DNA from: Sminthopsis crassicaudata
Taxonomy: Eukaryota
Direction: 5' to 3'
Length of the DNA stretch: 64,000 nucleotides
NCBI RefSeq assembly: GCF_048593235.1
Contig: NC_133617.1
Span: forward strand, 497,282,958-497,346,957
A program made the translations under genes and the position numbers. The notes under the pieces are model-generated. The model did no database searches, was not told the origin of the DNA, and saw only the letters and a list, made by a program, of their open reading frames with translations. Shown here piece by piece: positions 37,630-50,420 of the stretch (the stretch's first letter is position 1; every line of letters starts with the position of its first letter).

Positions 37630-40600
37630 TCTGATTGTCTAGTCCCTATTTTCTTCAGGCCTTAGACCATTGAGACCAATGACAAGGAATCAATGTTAAT
37701 TAAGATTTAATCTGATCCCATCCCTCAAAACTTTTTTACACAATAGTCATACAGTCCACAGCTCAATCCATTGAGAATATCTGCCAGGATCCCTACCTCT
37801 CAATGTATTTTTCATTATCAGATTTAACTGTTTCAAGTCCTGAGGCACATGCCATCTCTATAGTGGACAGTGAAGCAGAAAAATATATTCCACAGGAGCC
37901 AGGAATTCATATATGGGGCCATTTGAGCTAGTGAAGGAAATAGGATTTTAAGGCTAGGATCAGATGCCTCCATCTTTCTAAAGGAGTTGGAATCTATTTG
38001 TGAAGGAATCTAATATTTGAAAATACTAAGCAAGCATTTCCATTTAATAATAGCTTCTCATATCTGACCCATTTTGTTTCAAGGGCCATCTTATATCACC
38101 AGATTAATTCCTAACAAACAGGCAACTCTGGACAAAAGCTCCAGACCTTATGACCAACATCATTTATTTATCCAGCCAGGACTCAATATAGGCAAGTACT
38201 GCTGGTTTTCAGAAATGGCATTGTGAATAGCTGGTTCAGGAGCTTATGGTTCTAAAAGACCAGTAATCAATTGGCCTGGGTGACCCTGATGCTAGCAAAA
38301 GCTCCACTGAGCTTGGTATTTATAGATATAGGTCTTCCACATTCTTTTGGTTGCCACTTATAGGAGGCAGACTCTGGAACTTTCCATTTAATGAGAACTG
38401 GCAGAGTATCTAGGTAACAAAGTTCTCCAAAACTCATAGTATCTGGGTCTCTCTCTTTTTTTTTTTTTTTAATTCTAAAATAAAGATCACATTTATTATC
38501 ACAAGTTGCATAAAAACACAGACAGCTTTTACAAAAATGATTTTGATAGAAAAATATTTGAGTTTAAGTACATTGTGATATTGCAGGAAAACCACACACT
38601 CTATTGCTGTGCCTCCAGCTAAAGCTTCAAAAAAACTAAACATTTCATAATCAAGATATCCATTATTTACCATAACCCGTCTTTGGAAGTACATTGTGTT
38701 TTTTTAACAAGCCAAATCATTTACTCATTCAAGTTAAATTCCATGGCTGTATAATTCCTTGGTGTCATTGATATAGCACATTAGTGAATAGTAGAATCAG
38801 AGCTGAACAGGATCGTAGTGATCATTTAGTCGAACCCCCTCATTTTACAGATGAGGAAACTGAGGCCCAGAGAAGAAATAATTTGCCCAGAAGGAGCTGG
38901 GTCTAGAATCCAGGTCTCCTGATTTTTCTGGCAAATGTTATTTTCCTTCTGTCAGCTGGACATGAAAAACAAACTAAAAGATGCTGATGATTTTAAACAT
39001 TCCTTCCTCTCTGCTGAGAATTATACCAATTGGGAATAGTTTAAAATAGTTAATCAATGGAACAGGATGAAAACTCATTATCAAAGGTCACTTAGGTCAA
39101 AACGTTGGCTCAATGCGTCCTGTGTACCCTACTAATTGTACTAAAGATTATGGAGCAATAACATGATGGTCCACATGACAGACGTGGGTCTCTTTTTTTT
39201 TAAAAAGTGGATAATATCAATAATTTATTCTGAACTGTGTTCAGAATCATCTAGATACTTCTCTTCCTTCACTGTATCTTTCAAACCTTAATTGGGTTTC
39301 TTATATTTCTTATGATCAATTCCCCCATTCCTTATAGGCCATCATCCAACATAGGGTGCCTCCTCACCATGACCTCATGCAGCCCAACATCAACATCATG
39401 TCATAAACGTGATCAATGGTGTCTTCAGCAAGTGGAACCTCCTTCAGATTTCTGCCCGACAAGCTGTGGCAGTAATGAGGGAGCTCTGGAGAATAATAAA
39501 AAGTATACTGGACCTCTTTCCAGGTGAAAGGAAACTACTTGTAACTAGCCTTAGCCAGAGAAAAAGAAGAAAAGCATTGATAAGACTGATAACCCCATAC
39601 CACTCACCCAGGCCAGGGCTACCTGGAGTGACAATGCTCACTTTCCATAAGTCACCGGGAGCCATCCATCCTCTTCCTGGGCCATAGTTAGAGGGTTCAA
39701 TGTAGCAAGGTACTGGGGGTCTTCATCTCTATCAGTAGAAGGGAAATATCATTTTGCCCTCCCTCTGTAGCCCTAAAGATCTTGATGTTTTGTACTAAAA
39801 GGTTTAAGCAACTCGAATTTCCAACAACTGATGCTAGAGATGCTCAAAAGAGCTTGTATAGGGAATAACTCTTAAGAGCTCATGATGGCCCTTCTTTTGG
39901 GATTCAAAGGAGCTGCTGAAATGCTCTTACTGTCCTGGTGCTGGATGCCATGATACAGTTTAACAGTATTCAAAAAGGCTGGCAATGAATTGCCTCCTTA
40001 ACAAGATCATGTCTCAGAAGCTTCTCCCAAAGGTCCCTCTGGCAGATGGGATTACATTTCTGGTTATTCATTTTCAGTTATGTCTGATTCTTAGCTTGGC
40101 AGGTAAAACCCCAATGAGTTGGCTGGATTTGTTTCCTCCTGTTTTCCTACAAAGTGACCATGATGTTTTGATGGCCTGGGACTAAGGTCCCATTGGATTC
40201 AAGCCTATTACCAAAGCTGCTTCTGGCTTCTATCTCCTTAGTCCTTCACCAAAGCACCTGCAAAACTGGGTTGGGTACAGGCCTACATGCTATTACTCAC
40301 AACTCTGGAAGGCTCTTAGCTATTTTCTTGAACAGTTAAGAACTAGATGGAGTTTCTAACTGCTTCACTTTGATCTAAACTGTCCTATCTGATCCCTTTT
40401 TAGATTTTGCTGGAATTAATGTGGAATTTTTCACAAGGCCATTTTAACTAGAAGCAATAAGATAACTTTAGGTTGTCTATTCACAAGTGCCACTGTAGAT
40501 ATTAAGAATATATGCTTTCTTTCTAGAAGGATATGGCAGATCTACAGTAGGCTACCAATCCTTTGTTGACTTTGTATTGAACTGGCTCTTTCCTAATTTG
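37630..40600 (-). mobile_element. Decayed ERV-L (class III) pol: RT, connection and RNase H; outer limits approximate
   Basis: Minus-strand frames give GEWYGVISLINAF (cf. GTWYAAIDLANAF), FTWKEVQYTF (FTWQGQQYTF), CHSLSGRNL (CHNLVRRDL), KKETQIL..EFWR (KKEAQRL..GFWR), EAIIKWK (SIIKWK) and SQWIELWTV (SQWAELRAV), with many stops and frameshifts. Confidence 0.85.
38456..39184 (-). pseudogene. Retrotransposed mRNA 3'UTR fragment (source gene not recognised) inserted into ERV-L pol
   Basis: Minus strand ends AATAAA-~19 nt-A16; TSD (A)nGAGACCCA at a TTTT/AAAA L1 endonuclease site; ERV-L motif KKETQ rejoins across the insert. Confidence 0.75.
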
Positions 40601-43600
40601 TTAATTGTGAATACCCTTCTTCTACTTGTGACATTTCTGATACTATTTCTTGTTCTCTGGTAAAGGATATAAAATTCAGAATGTGGGTCTTATAAGAAAC
40701 AAAAATATGGTTTAGGAAGCCCAATTTAGAGTTTGTGGAACTTAAAATTTGTTCTTTTACTTATTCACTATTCCATCCAATAAACTTTTACGGAGGACCA
40801 CTATATGCAAGACCATAATGCAAGATTCTGTCATTGAAAGGACTTTGCATTGCAAGAGCTGTCTGGTCATTGTTGACTTTAGGGATCTTTCCTGCTTGGA
40901 ACCATCTAAAGTGGGATGACTAAAGTGTATAAAACTTAAAGTCAAAGGTTTTTTTTTTTTGACAAGGCTACAGTCAGATCATATTTTCTTTACTGATACG
41001 TGGTCCCATCATCCCATGGAATTTGAGATTTAGTTACTCATCAGGGAAACACTTTTGTTTTAAGATTGTTTAAATTTCTTACCTCTGCTTCTTACTATTT
41101 ATACTAATTGCAACAGACTAACCTACCAAGTATTGTTTCCTAGCTTATAAAATGAGTCATTGTAGATAGTCTTCTCTAGATCTAGTGATTGTAAATAAAT
41201 CAAACCTGCATTTTAACTAAGATGAGACTTAGGAGTAACCTCCAGTTTTGTTATTCTTTAGCACTGTATGGCTTCTAGTTATTGTAGAGACTGATGTTTG
41301 CTAGAGAAAACCCTTTTTTTTTTTTTTGCTGACTCCCTAATACTCTTTTCCTACTTTCTTGAACAATCAGGAACAAATCACAATACTTCTAAAGACTTCA
41401 CAATGACAATGAAACATCCCACCCCAGATGCTGCAGAATCACTTTTCATTTTACTGCTTTTAAAGCTCTATGATGTATTTGTTTTGTACTTTGTGTGATG
41501 ATTGAAGAAATAAGCAATTCTGTCTTTGATGATTCTACAGCAGGTCCTATTGGCTAAAGGTTTGTCTACCTTTTGCCTAGATTTGATTTAACTTTATCCA
41601 ACTTATAACTGGATCTTGTTTTATTTCAGCTTCATTTAAACCCAGAGAAAAACTCAGATAATATCCATTTCTTTCCCTTGCCTCCTAGCCCCATGAAAAC
41701 TATTCATTGTCATTTCCAAGTATTTTTTATCCTCTCATCTTTTCCTGTCTGTTCCCATCCCTGGTTCCCTAAAGTCAGTTGTGAAAAAGATTTATTCTAA
41801 ATATGAGACTTTCTATGCTTCTCTTTCTCAGGTGAATTTATATTTCTATGGTGAAATCTAGTGAAAAAAATATACATTTCTTTGTTGTCCCTGAGGTGAC
41901 TGGACAATTCAAATAAGATAACTAAGAAAATGTCACTGAAACCCTTTATCAATATTTTGTTTCCCAGGTCTGGAAGTCTGAGGACATCCATAGATTTTTT
42001 TTTCAGGGTTGGTCAGTTTGGTCAACACTTTACTGTGCATACATCATACATCATTCTTTTGGGAGAATGTGGTTGGTAATAAGTCAACCGCCATTATGGC
42101 ATTCATTTTTCTCTATTGAATGTTTTAAAGACAAGATCAGAAATCACACATGAAAAAAGACACATGGATTGCAACATAGACTTGTGGAAGGGCATCCATA
42201 TTAATAAAATCATATTCATCGAGGTACTTTGGAGTCATGAGGAAGTACAAATGGGTGGGTACATATGGAAAAAGCAATGAGACTTATATTCCATAATAGT
42301 CCCCATATGGAAACTTATCAGTCAAAAGTCCAGATAGACTTTTCTCAGGGTTTCTTTCCAAAGGCCTTTGCCAGTCAAAAGGTCTTTTCTTTTAGAAGGT
42401 TGGCTAGGGCCTTAACTTGCTCCCAATTTCTGATCCTCTTTTAGGCTTGACACATAAGAGAGGTCAGAAATACAAGATCATTTCTATTTAACTAACAGCC
42501 TACAGAGAAGCATTGACAAGTTAGAAGATGCCTTACCTAAGATTCCTCAGTGTCAGGTAGAAGGAAGTATCTCTATATGACAAAGTACTTTATTCACATG
42601 ATTCTCTTTCATGAAATGATCATGTGAAACTATAAGCACCATCATATTAAGAATTAAATTGGGCAACTGGCTTAATAGTAGGTTGCCAAGCTATGCTCCT
42701 ATCTTACTCAATGGATGGAAAATAGCATTATTTGCAACACTTTAATTTCAAAAGATTAGTTGTGTACTACTCTAGTCTGTTTCAGGTATCCAGAAGCAGG
42801 GAGTTTTGTGTCATTTTTCAAGAGAGCTCAATCTATCAGATGCTTTTAGCATTAGGAGTCATTAGGGGAAAAGTCTTATGAAAAAAGACAGACGATCAGT
42901 TTAAGATACATTAGGGAAGGGAGAAAGGGGGGTGGGTATTAGAAAAGGTGTACAATCAAGTAATAAGTAATGAAAGACTTTTTTTATATCCTTTATAAAC
43001 TGACTTCTAAGACGATTATGGAAAAAGAATCACAAAGATGGGATCAACAGTGGCAACATTTTCAGTCTTCTCAAGGAACTACTATAAAGGAGTTATCTGA
43101 ATGCTTAAGTGCTCATATGATTGGTTTCTTTCTTTTTGTTTTATGAGACAATACATAAAAGAGGGCTACTGGCTCTGGATTTAGTAAGCTCTGTGTTCAA
43201 ATATCGCTTCTGACATATACAAGCTTTGTAATTATGAACAAATCACAACCTTTCCAGTCATAGGAAGTTATTTAAAACTTAAATTACAAAAAAATTTGCC
43301 AATTTGTACTATTGGAACAAGCTATTATGCCAGGAGTTCCTGATTCCAAAAATCAGTCAATAAGCATTTTTATTAAGTGTCTGTTATGTGCCAGGCAGTA
43401 TGCTAAGAGCTAGGACTACAAAAAAAGCAAAAAGTATGCTCTTTAAAAGCTCATAATTTAAAGTCTCATAATAATAATCATATTGCTGAATTAAAACCAT
43501 CTTGAGGTTTTTACAAATGCAAACATTTTGCATGTAAATACTTTTTCATGGTTAGGAGAATAAGTTACTAACTTGATCATAATCAGTACCAAATCATCAC

Positions 43601-44835
43601 ATCAGAAGCTAGGGCATTCATCTGTAAAGGAGGCAAAATGGTAAAACATGACACAAGTTTTAAAATTTTCAAAATGATTTTGGTATATAGAGTATAAGGA
43701 ACATGGAAAACATATTTAGTAGAATAAACACACACAAACACCTTCACCCACAGGATTTTGTAGCACACTGACTTTTTAAGTTTATTTTAAATTGGAAATT
43801 GAAGGGATAATAGTAGCTCAAACAAAATGCCTTCCTTTCTGTTTTGTAACTGGGTATCTGAGAACAAATATGATCAGCTTTCTTCAATGAATAATTAAAT
43901 AGTCTACTTGGAAGGTAATCTAAAATTCCAATCTTCTGAAATGAAGATCCAAGTTTTAGAGATGAAATGACTTCCCTTGGTTACAACAATTATTGGTAAA
44001 GTTGCTGGACAAGGACTTGGAATGCTTATCAAATCCATAAATGTCTTGAGCTAGCCAGTTTGATGATAAAATCCGCATCCAAAGGATCTTTCAGGATGAA
44101 ATGAGGAGGCAAATTTAACTACTAAATAAAATTTAATAGAAATTAATGTAAAATACTAATAAATCAAATACACAATTATAGGATGTAAGGAGATAAGGCT
44201 AGTTAGACAACACTTCCTATGATAAGCCTTAAAGGTCTTAGTGGATCATAAACTAAATAGTTACAAGGTAACCAAAACAGCTAACAAGCATAATTTTCAG
44301 ATATGTGATAGTCCTAACTACTCCTGAGATTCTTAGGACTTTTCCACCACCACTCTGGCAAACCTTTCTCAAGTTGGACAGGCCTCCACTATTGATTCTG
44401 AATTCCTGCCTAGGATCTGCTTTTAAGAAGTATGTAAGTCAACCATATTCAGTTTTAACCTGACCAATTCCTTTGAATTTTGTATTTTAACTCCCTTTCT
44501 CACCCTGTCCCCTTTTCAGCTCCCTTTTAAGTATTATTTTCCTCTATTTGAATGGAAAATTCCTAGAGAGTAAGCATTGCCTCCACAATGTCTAGGACTT
44601 GATACATATTTTAAATAAATATTTTATTCGATTTAATTATTCAATTTAAATCTTAAGTCTATGTGATTACTGTGTTGAGTTCATTAACAAACTGGAGTAC
44701 AACCCACAGATCCAAAATGGGAAAAGAACTAGAAAAAATTTCATATTCTTATCAGTGTATTTACTAATCATGATTTCAGAAGATTCATGATGGAGGACAC
44801 TTCCCACTGCTTGGCAGAGAGATGACAGCCTAGAA

Positions 44836-45104
44836 TAGTGGTTTTCAAAACTTTTTGGGTCTCAGTATCAATTTTATATTCTTAAAAATTTTTGAGTATC
44901 CTTCTCCAAAGAGAATTTCTTTCTGGATATTATATGTTTTACTATATTAGAAATTAAACAATTTTGTTATACCTTCAAAATGTCTTAATATTATTATTAA
45001 ATATCTTAGTATTATTATGAAAATAGTTTTGGCCTCAAAGACTGCCCTCCCCAAGAATTTCAGAACCTGCCAAGGGTCCCTGGATCATATAATGAGGACC
45101 ACTG
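44836..45104. mobile_element. hAT-Charlie-type MITE
   Basis: Degenerate TIRs tagtggttttcaaa / atgaggaccactg; left flank GCCTAGAA resembles the hAT target NTCTAGAN. Confidence 0.55.
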
Positions 45105-45238
45105 GTCCTCAAGTTTACAAGACATAAATTTTCAGACATAGATAATATGTGGATTTACTTTACTTTGTTCAACTGATTTTGTTACAAAAGATGGATTCTA
45201 TGGGAAGAGAAAAGGAATTGGAAAATAGTGACAGTGAG

Positions 45239-45437
45239 ATTTTTTTTTTTTTTTTTTGCTGAGGCAATTGGGGTTAAGTGACTTGCCCAGAATCACATAG
45301 CCAAGAAGTGTTAAAGTGTCTGAGGCCAAAATTTGAACTCAGGTCCTCTTGACTTAAGGGTTGGTGAAGTTGGTAGTAGTTGGTTATTATTTGCTATAAT
45401 AGTAGTTGGCAGTAGTTACTATACCAACTAGCTGCCC
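45239..45437 (-). mobile_element. WSINE1-like SINE carrying a 51-nt internal insertion
   Basis: Standard body; head segment ctctatcc replaced by 45367-45417; imperfect TSD tgacagtga(ga)ttttt / tgacactgattttt. Confidence 0.85.
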
Positions 45438-46569
45438 TGACACTGATTTTTAAAAAGCATCAAAGCATGATTTAAAAAACAAAACAAAAAAAAATACACA
45501 GATGATAAAAAGTTCCTAAGACATAGGAAAGCACAGCAGTTTTGTTGCTGTTCTGTTAAATATGCACCAAAAACAAAAACCATAATAAATTCAGTTTTCC
45601 ACTTAAAAAAAAAAAAAGAGAAAAATTATGACTTATTGAATATCTAGGGGTGGGATGTAGAAGATAATAATAGTCTTTAAATATTTCAAAGTCTATTACA
45701 TGGGGGAAGACTTATTCTGCTTGGAATCAAGAAGCAAGACTAGTAATAATAATATAAGTTGTAAAGAAAACATTTTAGTGGAAATTTTTCTTAATTAGCT
45801 GTCCAAAAAGTGAATGGCTTGCCTCATGACGTCCACTTCATTGAAGATCATTGAAAAGGATGGATGAAAACTTGATAAGGATATAACAGAGGGGTTGGAT
45901 TAGATAGTAACTGGCCCTTTTAACTCTTGAGGCTCCTTAAAGACATATGTTGTAACTTATTTTAGCAAGAATACTTAACCTTTTTTATGTCAAGAACATA
46001 TTTTTTTTACATTTTAAATATTTCAGAATATTTTTAAATACATAAAATAAAGGAAGCCAATTATATTGAAATACAGATAAATCTCAATTAGTATAAGAAA
46101 ATCTCAAAGTGAAAGTATCCATATATTCTTGGTATTTATTTTGGCTTATTTCTATTGGGCTGACACTTCACATGATTTTAAATAGTGCAAAAATTAAATA
46201 TATGTGACTACCTCAAGGTATTATTTTTATTAATCCAGATTTAGCTCTAAAATTATCAAAACATTTTAAAAAACTTATAGACTTGATTGAAAACTCTTTT
46301 ACTAGAATCTACTTTCAACAGTCACGAAAGCTACTGCTCTAAAATAACTAAATTGGTTTCAAAATGACTAATTCTTCATCTATATCTTTTTTAAGGTGAT
46401 TATATTGTGTTATTTAGTCCTACAAGTGTGTGCTCGTTTCATAGCCTGGATCTATGTTGTCAGGTAATCCAATGCCCAATGAATAGGAATAGAAGGTTCC
46501 TCACACTTTAGGTCAGTGGATCTGACTTCCAATTTCTGCCAAAATTTAGAACATATTATTAAAGGAATA

Positions 46570-47950
46570 TTTGTGAGCACCTAGAAAGAGAAGTGATGGT
46601 GCCATCAAAAATAGGTTTTGCCAAGCTAACATTTTTTAATAGTGTAACCAAGAAAATTCTGCATAATACACTTATTTGATTTCACCAAAGCATTTGTCAA
46701 AGTCTCTCATGGGGATAAAGATAAGAGATATGAAGTAGATGATAGTGCTTAGGTAGATTCATACTGGTTAATTCACTGGATCCAAAATTGTAATGGATGT
46801 CAATCCGGAAAGAAGAGGAGAAATAGTAATAAGCATTTATATAAAATCTATCATAAACTGGACATTATATTAAATGCTTTATACAAATATTATCTTATTT
46901 TATCCTCACAATAACCCTGAAAAGTGCTATTATCATTCCCGTTTTATTTAGGAAACTGAGGCAGAGATTGACTTGCTTAAGTCATACTACTAGGTTTATG
47001 AGGCTGAATTTGAACAGTCTTCCAAACTATAAGGCCTCACTCTGCCACCAGCTGTCTCTATCAGTCTAGTGAAGTGCTCCAAAGACTCTGTCCTTGATTT
47101 TGTAATTTTAAGTTTTTTTGTTGGAAGTTTTGTTCAACTTGCTTATCAAATCTGAAACGGCCCACACACTGAATGATAGAACGAGGATCCTGAAAGACAT
47201 AAGTTAGAATGACATGTACAATCTAGATGACAGGAACTAAACTGTGATTTCACTGATACTGGGAAATCCTAAAGGAGGGAACTGTATACCACTGTAGGTC
47301 AGCACATTCCTTGCAATTTAGTCTTAAGTGTGCAGCCTATAATACTGAGAATTTTTGTGATTTGTCTATACTAAAAAGCTAATGTATAAGTGGAACTTGA
47401 GCCTAAGTCTTCCTATTTTTGAGGGTTAGCTCCTTATTCACACATAGTTTAGGAAATTTAAACATATGAGTAAAGAACAAAAGAAGTATGGCTAGACAAT
47501 TTATATGAAAAAATTTGTGTCTAACTGAATAGTTAAAAAACTGAATTTTGTCTCAGGTTTTGCTAGCAATATAATATCCAGAAGGAAACAATCCTGGCAA
47601 GACCACATTAGGAGTACAATTCTGGATACCACATTTAGGAAGGAAAGTGACAACTTGGAGATTGTACAAGGTTGTATAACCATGCTATACACATGTGTTG
47701 GAGGTCCTGGGCCAGACACAAAGGAGAAATATAATCATCAAATAATTGAAAAGAGTTCTAGATTTGTTTTTATTGGCCCCAAAGGAGAGAATTAGGAGCA
47801 GTAGATGAAAGTTGCAGGAGCAGATATCTTGGCGGGGGGGGAATTCCTCAATTCAAACAACTCATGAAGAATGAACTGTTTTGGGAAGGTAGTGAGTGTC
47901 TAATTACTAGGAAGCTTTAATCTAGACAGCTATATGTGAAGAATGTAGAG
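46570..47950 (+). mobile_element. CR1/L3 fragments interrupted by a MIR (~46830-47060)
   Basis: gatttcaccaaagcatttgtcaaagtctctcatg (DFSKAFDKVSH-like) and L3 3' motifs. Confidence 0.65.
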
Positions 47951-49163
47951 ATGATTTCTATTCAAGCATAGATTAGTTAAGAACCAAGAGAGCCCTTCTA
48001 AGATTCCATAATTCTTTGAAACTTCACTTTTTATGTCATTATGTTTTCTAATTCTTACCTATCTCTAAATTTTCTTACATTTATCCTCAGTAAGAATAGA
48101 ATTGTGTGTGTGTGTGTAGTAATTACCTACCCATTTGTCTTGGCTCAGCTCTTTATAACAGAATTTCCACAACTTTACAATTCTACTAGAAAACAATAAA
48201 ACTCACCTGTGATAGTTTTATTCTGGTCTGAAACATTTCTCTGAAAGCAAGTAAAGAGTCTAACCATGAAAATTCTTGAATACCTGCTTGTTGCAATGAT
48301 AGCAAACCAGTTGTTCCTCATGCTCCCTATAAAGTTCACACTGAAGACTATATAACTTTGGTACTGTCCTTGAAGGTCACTGTTTCTGGTATGAGTCCTC
48401 TGAGAAACATTATGTGCCAAGTCCTGATCTCAGTTTTTTAAAAAAGGAGAAATGTGAAAATTAAAATTAAAATAATGCCCAGCAATTTTTACATCAAGTC
48501 AAAAAGCATGCAAAGAGGAAAAAACAAATTTTGGCTATGTCTTGAATAGATTGCTTCTCTTTTTGCTGTATGAGACAGGAAGCACTAAAATGGTAGGTTC
48601 ATTGATACTAATAATTTCCACTGGCACCTCATCACATGAATTTTTGTGATTCATCAATGATAAGATAAAAGCACAGAATGTGTCCCTTATGCTTGCTGTC
48701 TTTATCCAAAATATAGAGGGGCTTATTCAGAGCTTGTCTGAGGCCATTATACAACTAATGAACTTTGGCTGAGTTTTTACATGCAATCAGTGCAGAACTT
48801 CCCATGCCTAAGGAAAATGACAGCTTCTTGTGTCAAGACAGTAAGAATGACCCCAGTAAGCCATCCTCCAGCTGTGCTCAGCTCCATTTCACTGTCATTG
48901 ACTGATGAATACGCAATCCGTTAATGACATTTTCCAGTCTGCGACCTTCACTTCCCTTCCAAATCCTTTCCTGGGGTTAAGCTAACCTAATTTTGATAAA
49001 CTGATTCAAAGGCCTATTATAGACAAGTGCCTTTTCCTTGATATTTTTCTCCTTGTGTTTAGTTACCCCTTTGTGCCACCTGCTCATATTTTCCTACACT
49101 ATTATTAATTTTTAAAAGTTTCTTTAAGTAAATACTAAAAGTAAATACTGTGTTTTATTTCTT

Positions 49164-49344
49164 TTTTTTAATTTTTATTTTATAATTACATTCATGTAAT
49201 TTATTTATTTTCCTGAGGCTGGGGTTAAGTGACTTACCCAGGGTCACATAGCTAGGAAGTGTTAAGTGTCTGAGACCAGATTTGAACTCGGGTCCTCCTG
49301 AATTCAAGGCTGGTGCTCTATCCACTGTGCCACCTAGCTGCCCC
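49164..49344 (-). mobile_element. Young WSINE1-like SINE with 13-bp TSD
   Basis: TSD tgttttatttctt at 49151-49163 and 49345-49357; AT-rich tail at 49164-49210. Confidence 0.9.
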
Positions 49345-50210
49345 TGTTTTATTTCTTAATAATGATCCCTCAGGCTCCAGGTAAAACCGTGGCTTAAGAA
49401 AGCAAGAGTGGAAAGAGGAAAAGACTGACATGGTGCGTGCTAAGTTCTAATTACATTATCAGTCAGTTATATGAATTCAGGAAGCAAAGATTTTTAGCTT
49501 CCACAATAAACTATTTAGAGTAATTACTTATATTTATAGTTATTAACTTCAGTTTTACTCAAATTAAACCAGTGACAGTCTTAAGATCTTTTTGAATTCT
49601 GACTTAAAACCCAGTTTGGTAACTACAGAATTATCACCTACAAATTTGATGAGGCTGCCCTTTAAATTTAATTTAAATCACTGATAAAAATATTAAACAG
49701 CAGGATACTTCAATGTGGAACTCCTTTCCAAGTTGACATTTATTCTTTTTTTGATTCAGTCATTCAACCAATTCCATGTTGATGAAATTGCCCACATCTC
49801 TCAAACTTTTCCATGAGAACACTTGACAAACTGAACAGACTGATTTATTTAATTGACTATTATTTATTTATTTTATTATATTTTATTTATTTTATTATAT
49901 TATTTAATTGACTAAAAACAACTATATAAATGATATTCCTCTTATTTACTAATATAATAACCCTGTCAAAAAAAAAAAAAAAAAAGGGGGGGGAGAATGA
50001 AATTATAATGTTGAAAATAAAGCTGTTGGATAACAAAAACCTAATGAGTGAAATTTTAAAAAAAGTTGGTGCCCACTAGCTGGAAAATAGTGTATTCAAG
50101 ACATCTCTTTCCTTTCAGAATTTAGTCACAAGATCACGCTTACTAAATTTCCTTGTTAGCCAACATTATTGATTTCTTTATTAATAAAGGGATCTGTGTA
50201 TTCTTCCTAG

Positions 50211-50420
50211 GTCCCAGTGATGTGCATGTTATTTGGGAGAAGAATGGAGAAAAAATAGATGTGTGTGTCTCTGTTCAGACTCACATACTGCCTGATGGCA
50301 AAGTATACTTATTTAGTTGGGTCAAAGACACACTAAGAGAAAGTTCGGAGTATTGTTGTTCTTTTTTCTCTAAGACAGGAAATAAGGCCTCCAAAGTATG
50401 GATCACCGTGGACAGACAAG
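50211..50420 (+). CDS. SEMA4D: SEMA4D alternative-isoform exon B (210 nt, phase 1-1): Ig strands C-G
   Basis: TTCTTCCTAG acceptor; (G)PSDVHVIWEKNGEKIDVCVSVQTHILPDGKVYLFSWVKDTLRESSEYCCSFFSKTGNKASKVWITVDRQ(E) matches recalled human GPADIRFVWEKNG...QTHALPDG...IRESAEYRCS; G|GTAAGT donor. Confidence 0.92.

Noticed and set aside
38790-38930. MIR apparently inserted into ERV-L, implying the ERV-L predates MIR activity
   Set aside because: The MIR lies inside the TSD-bounded retrocopy and was probably carried in with it, so it does not date the ERV-L.
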